Below, one piece after another: positions 63,824 through 64,000 of a stretch of DNA of 64,000 bases (position 1 is its first letter; each line of letters begins with the position of its first letter). Position numbers and translations under genes: made by a program. The notes under the pieces were generated by a model. The model did not search any database. It saw only the letters and a program-made list of their open reading frames with translations, and had not been told where the DNA came from. Source of the DNA: Octopus sinensis (Eukaryota); contig NC_043004.1 in NCBI RefSeq assembly GCF_006345805.1, positions 70,556,001 to 70,620,000 on the forward strand, written 5' to 3'.

Positions 63824-64000
63824 TCAAGAGTCATCGAAGAGACCATAAGTTTCGTATATCTGTCAGTAGAGTGGATCTATTATGGGTATATTATAGTATT
63901 AAATATCCTTCATGGCTGGTCTTACCAATCAGTTTGACGTAAAGAACACAATGGAGGTAACAAACCAATTTATGCTCATCAGAGTTAGCCAATATGGAAG

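Overview
Eukaryotic, AT-rich, non-coding-looking DNA saturated with microsatellites ((CA)n, (TA)n, (AAT)n, (CAT)n, (TACA)n) and interspersed repeats. The repeat families resemble those I recall from octopod cephalopod genomes (Octopus-like); this is inference, not a database result. I can support no complete protein-coding gene. Nearly all long ORFs in the supplied track are translations of simple repeats or SINEs. Recognisable content: (i) several tRNA-headed SINE families, labelled A, B, C, V-like and CORE-like here, plus a (GAT)n-tailed family D, often nested with clear target-site duplications; (ii) decayed LINE pieces (RTE, R4/Dong-like with an RLE endonuclease, CR1/L2-like); (iii) Penelope-like fragments carrying minimal hammerhead-like motifs; (iv) two Ty3/Gypsy relics, one a 1.3-kb two-LTR internally deleted element inserted in a SINE; (v) Helitron/Helentron, hAT, piggyBac-like and mariner-like non-autonomous elements; (vi) a perfect 166-bp palindrome and a local template-switch rearrangement. 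Four minus-strand segments have strong splice signals (137, 114, 26 and 6 nt) and may be exons or microexons of one long-intron transcript. The best novelty candidate is a ~120-nt multi-stem, pseudoknot-capable module at the 5' end of a ~480-bp element found twice inside (AAT)n tracts. Family labels are my own, and boundaries of degenerate repeats are approximate.
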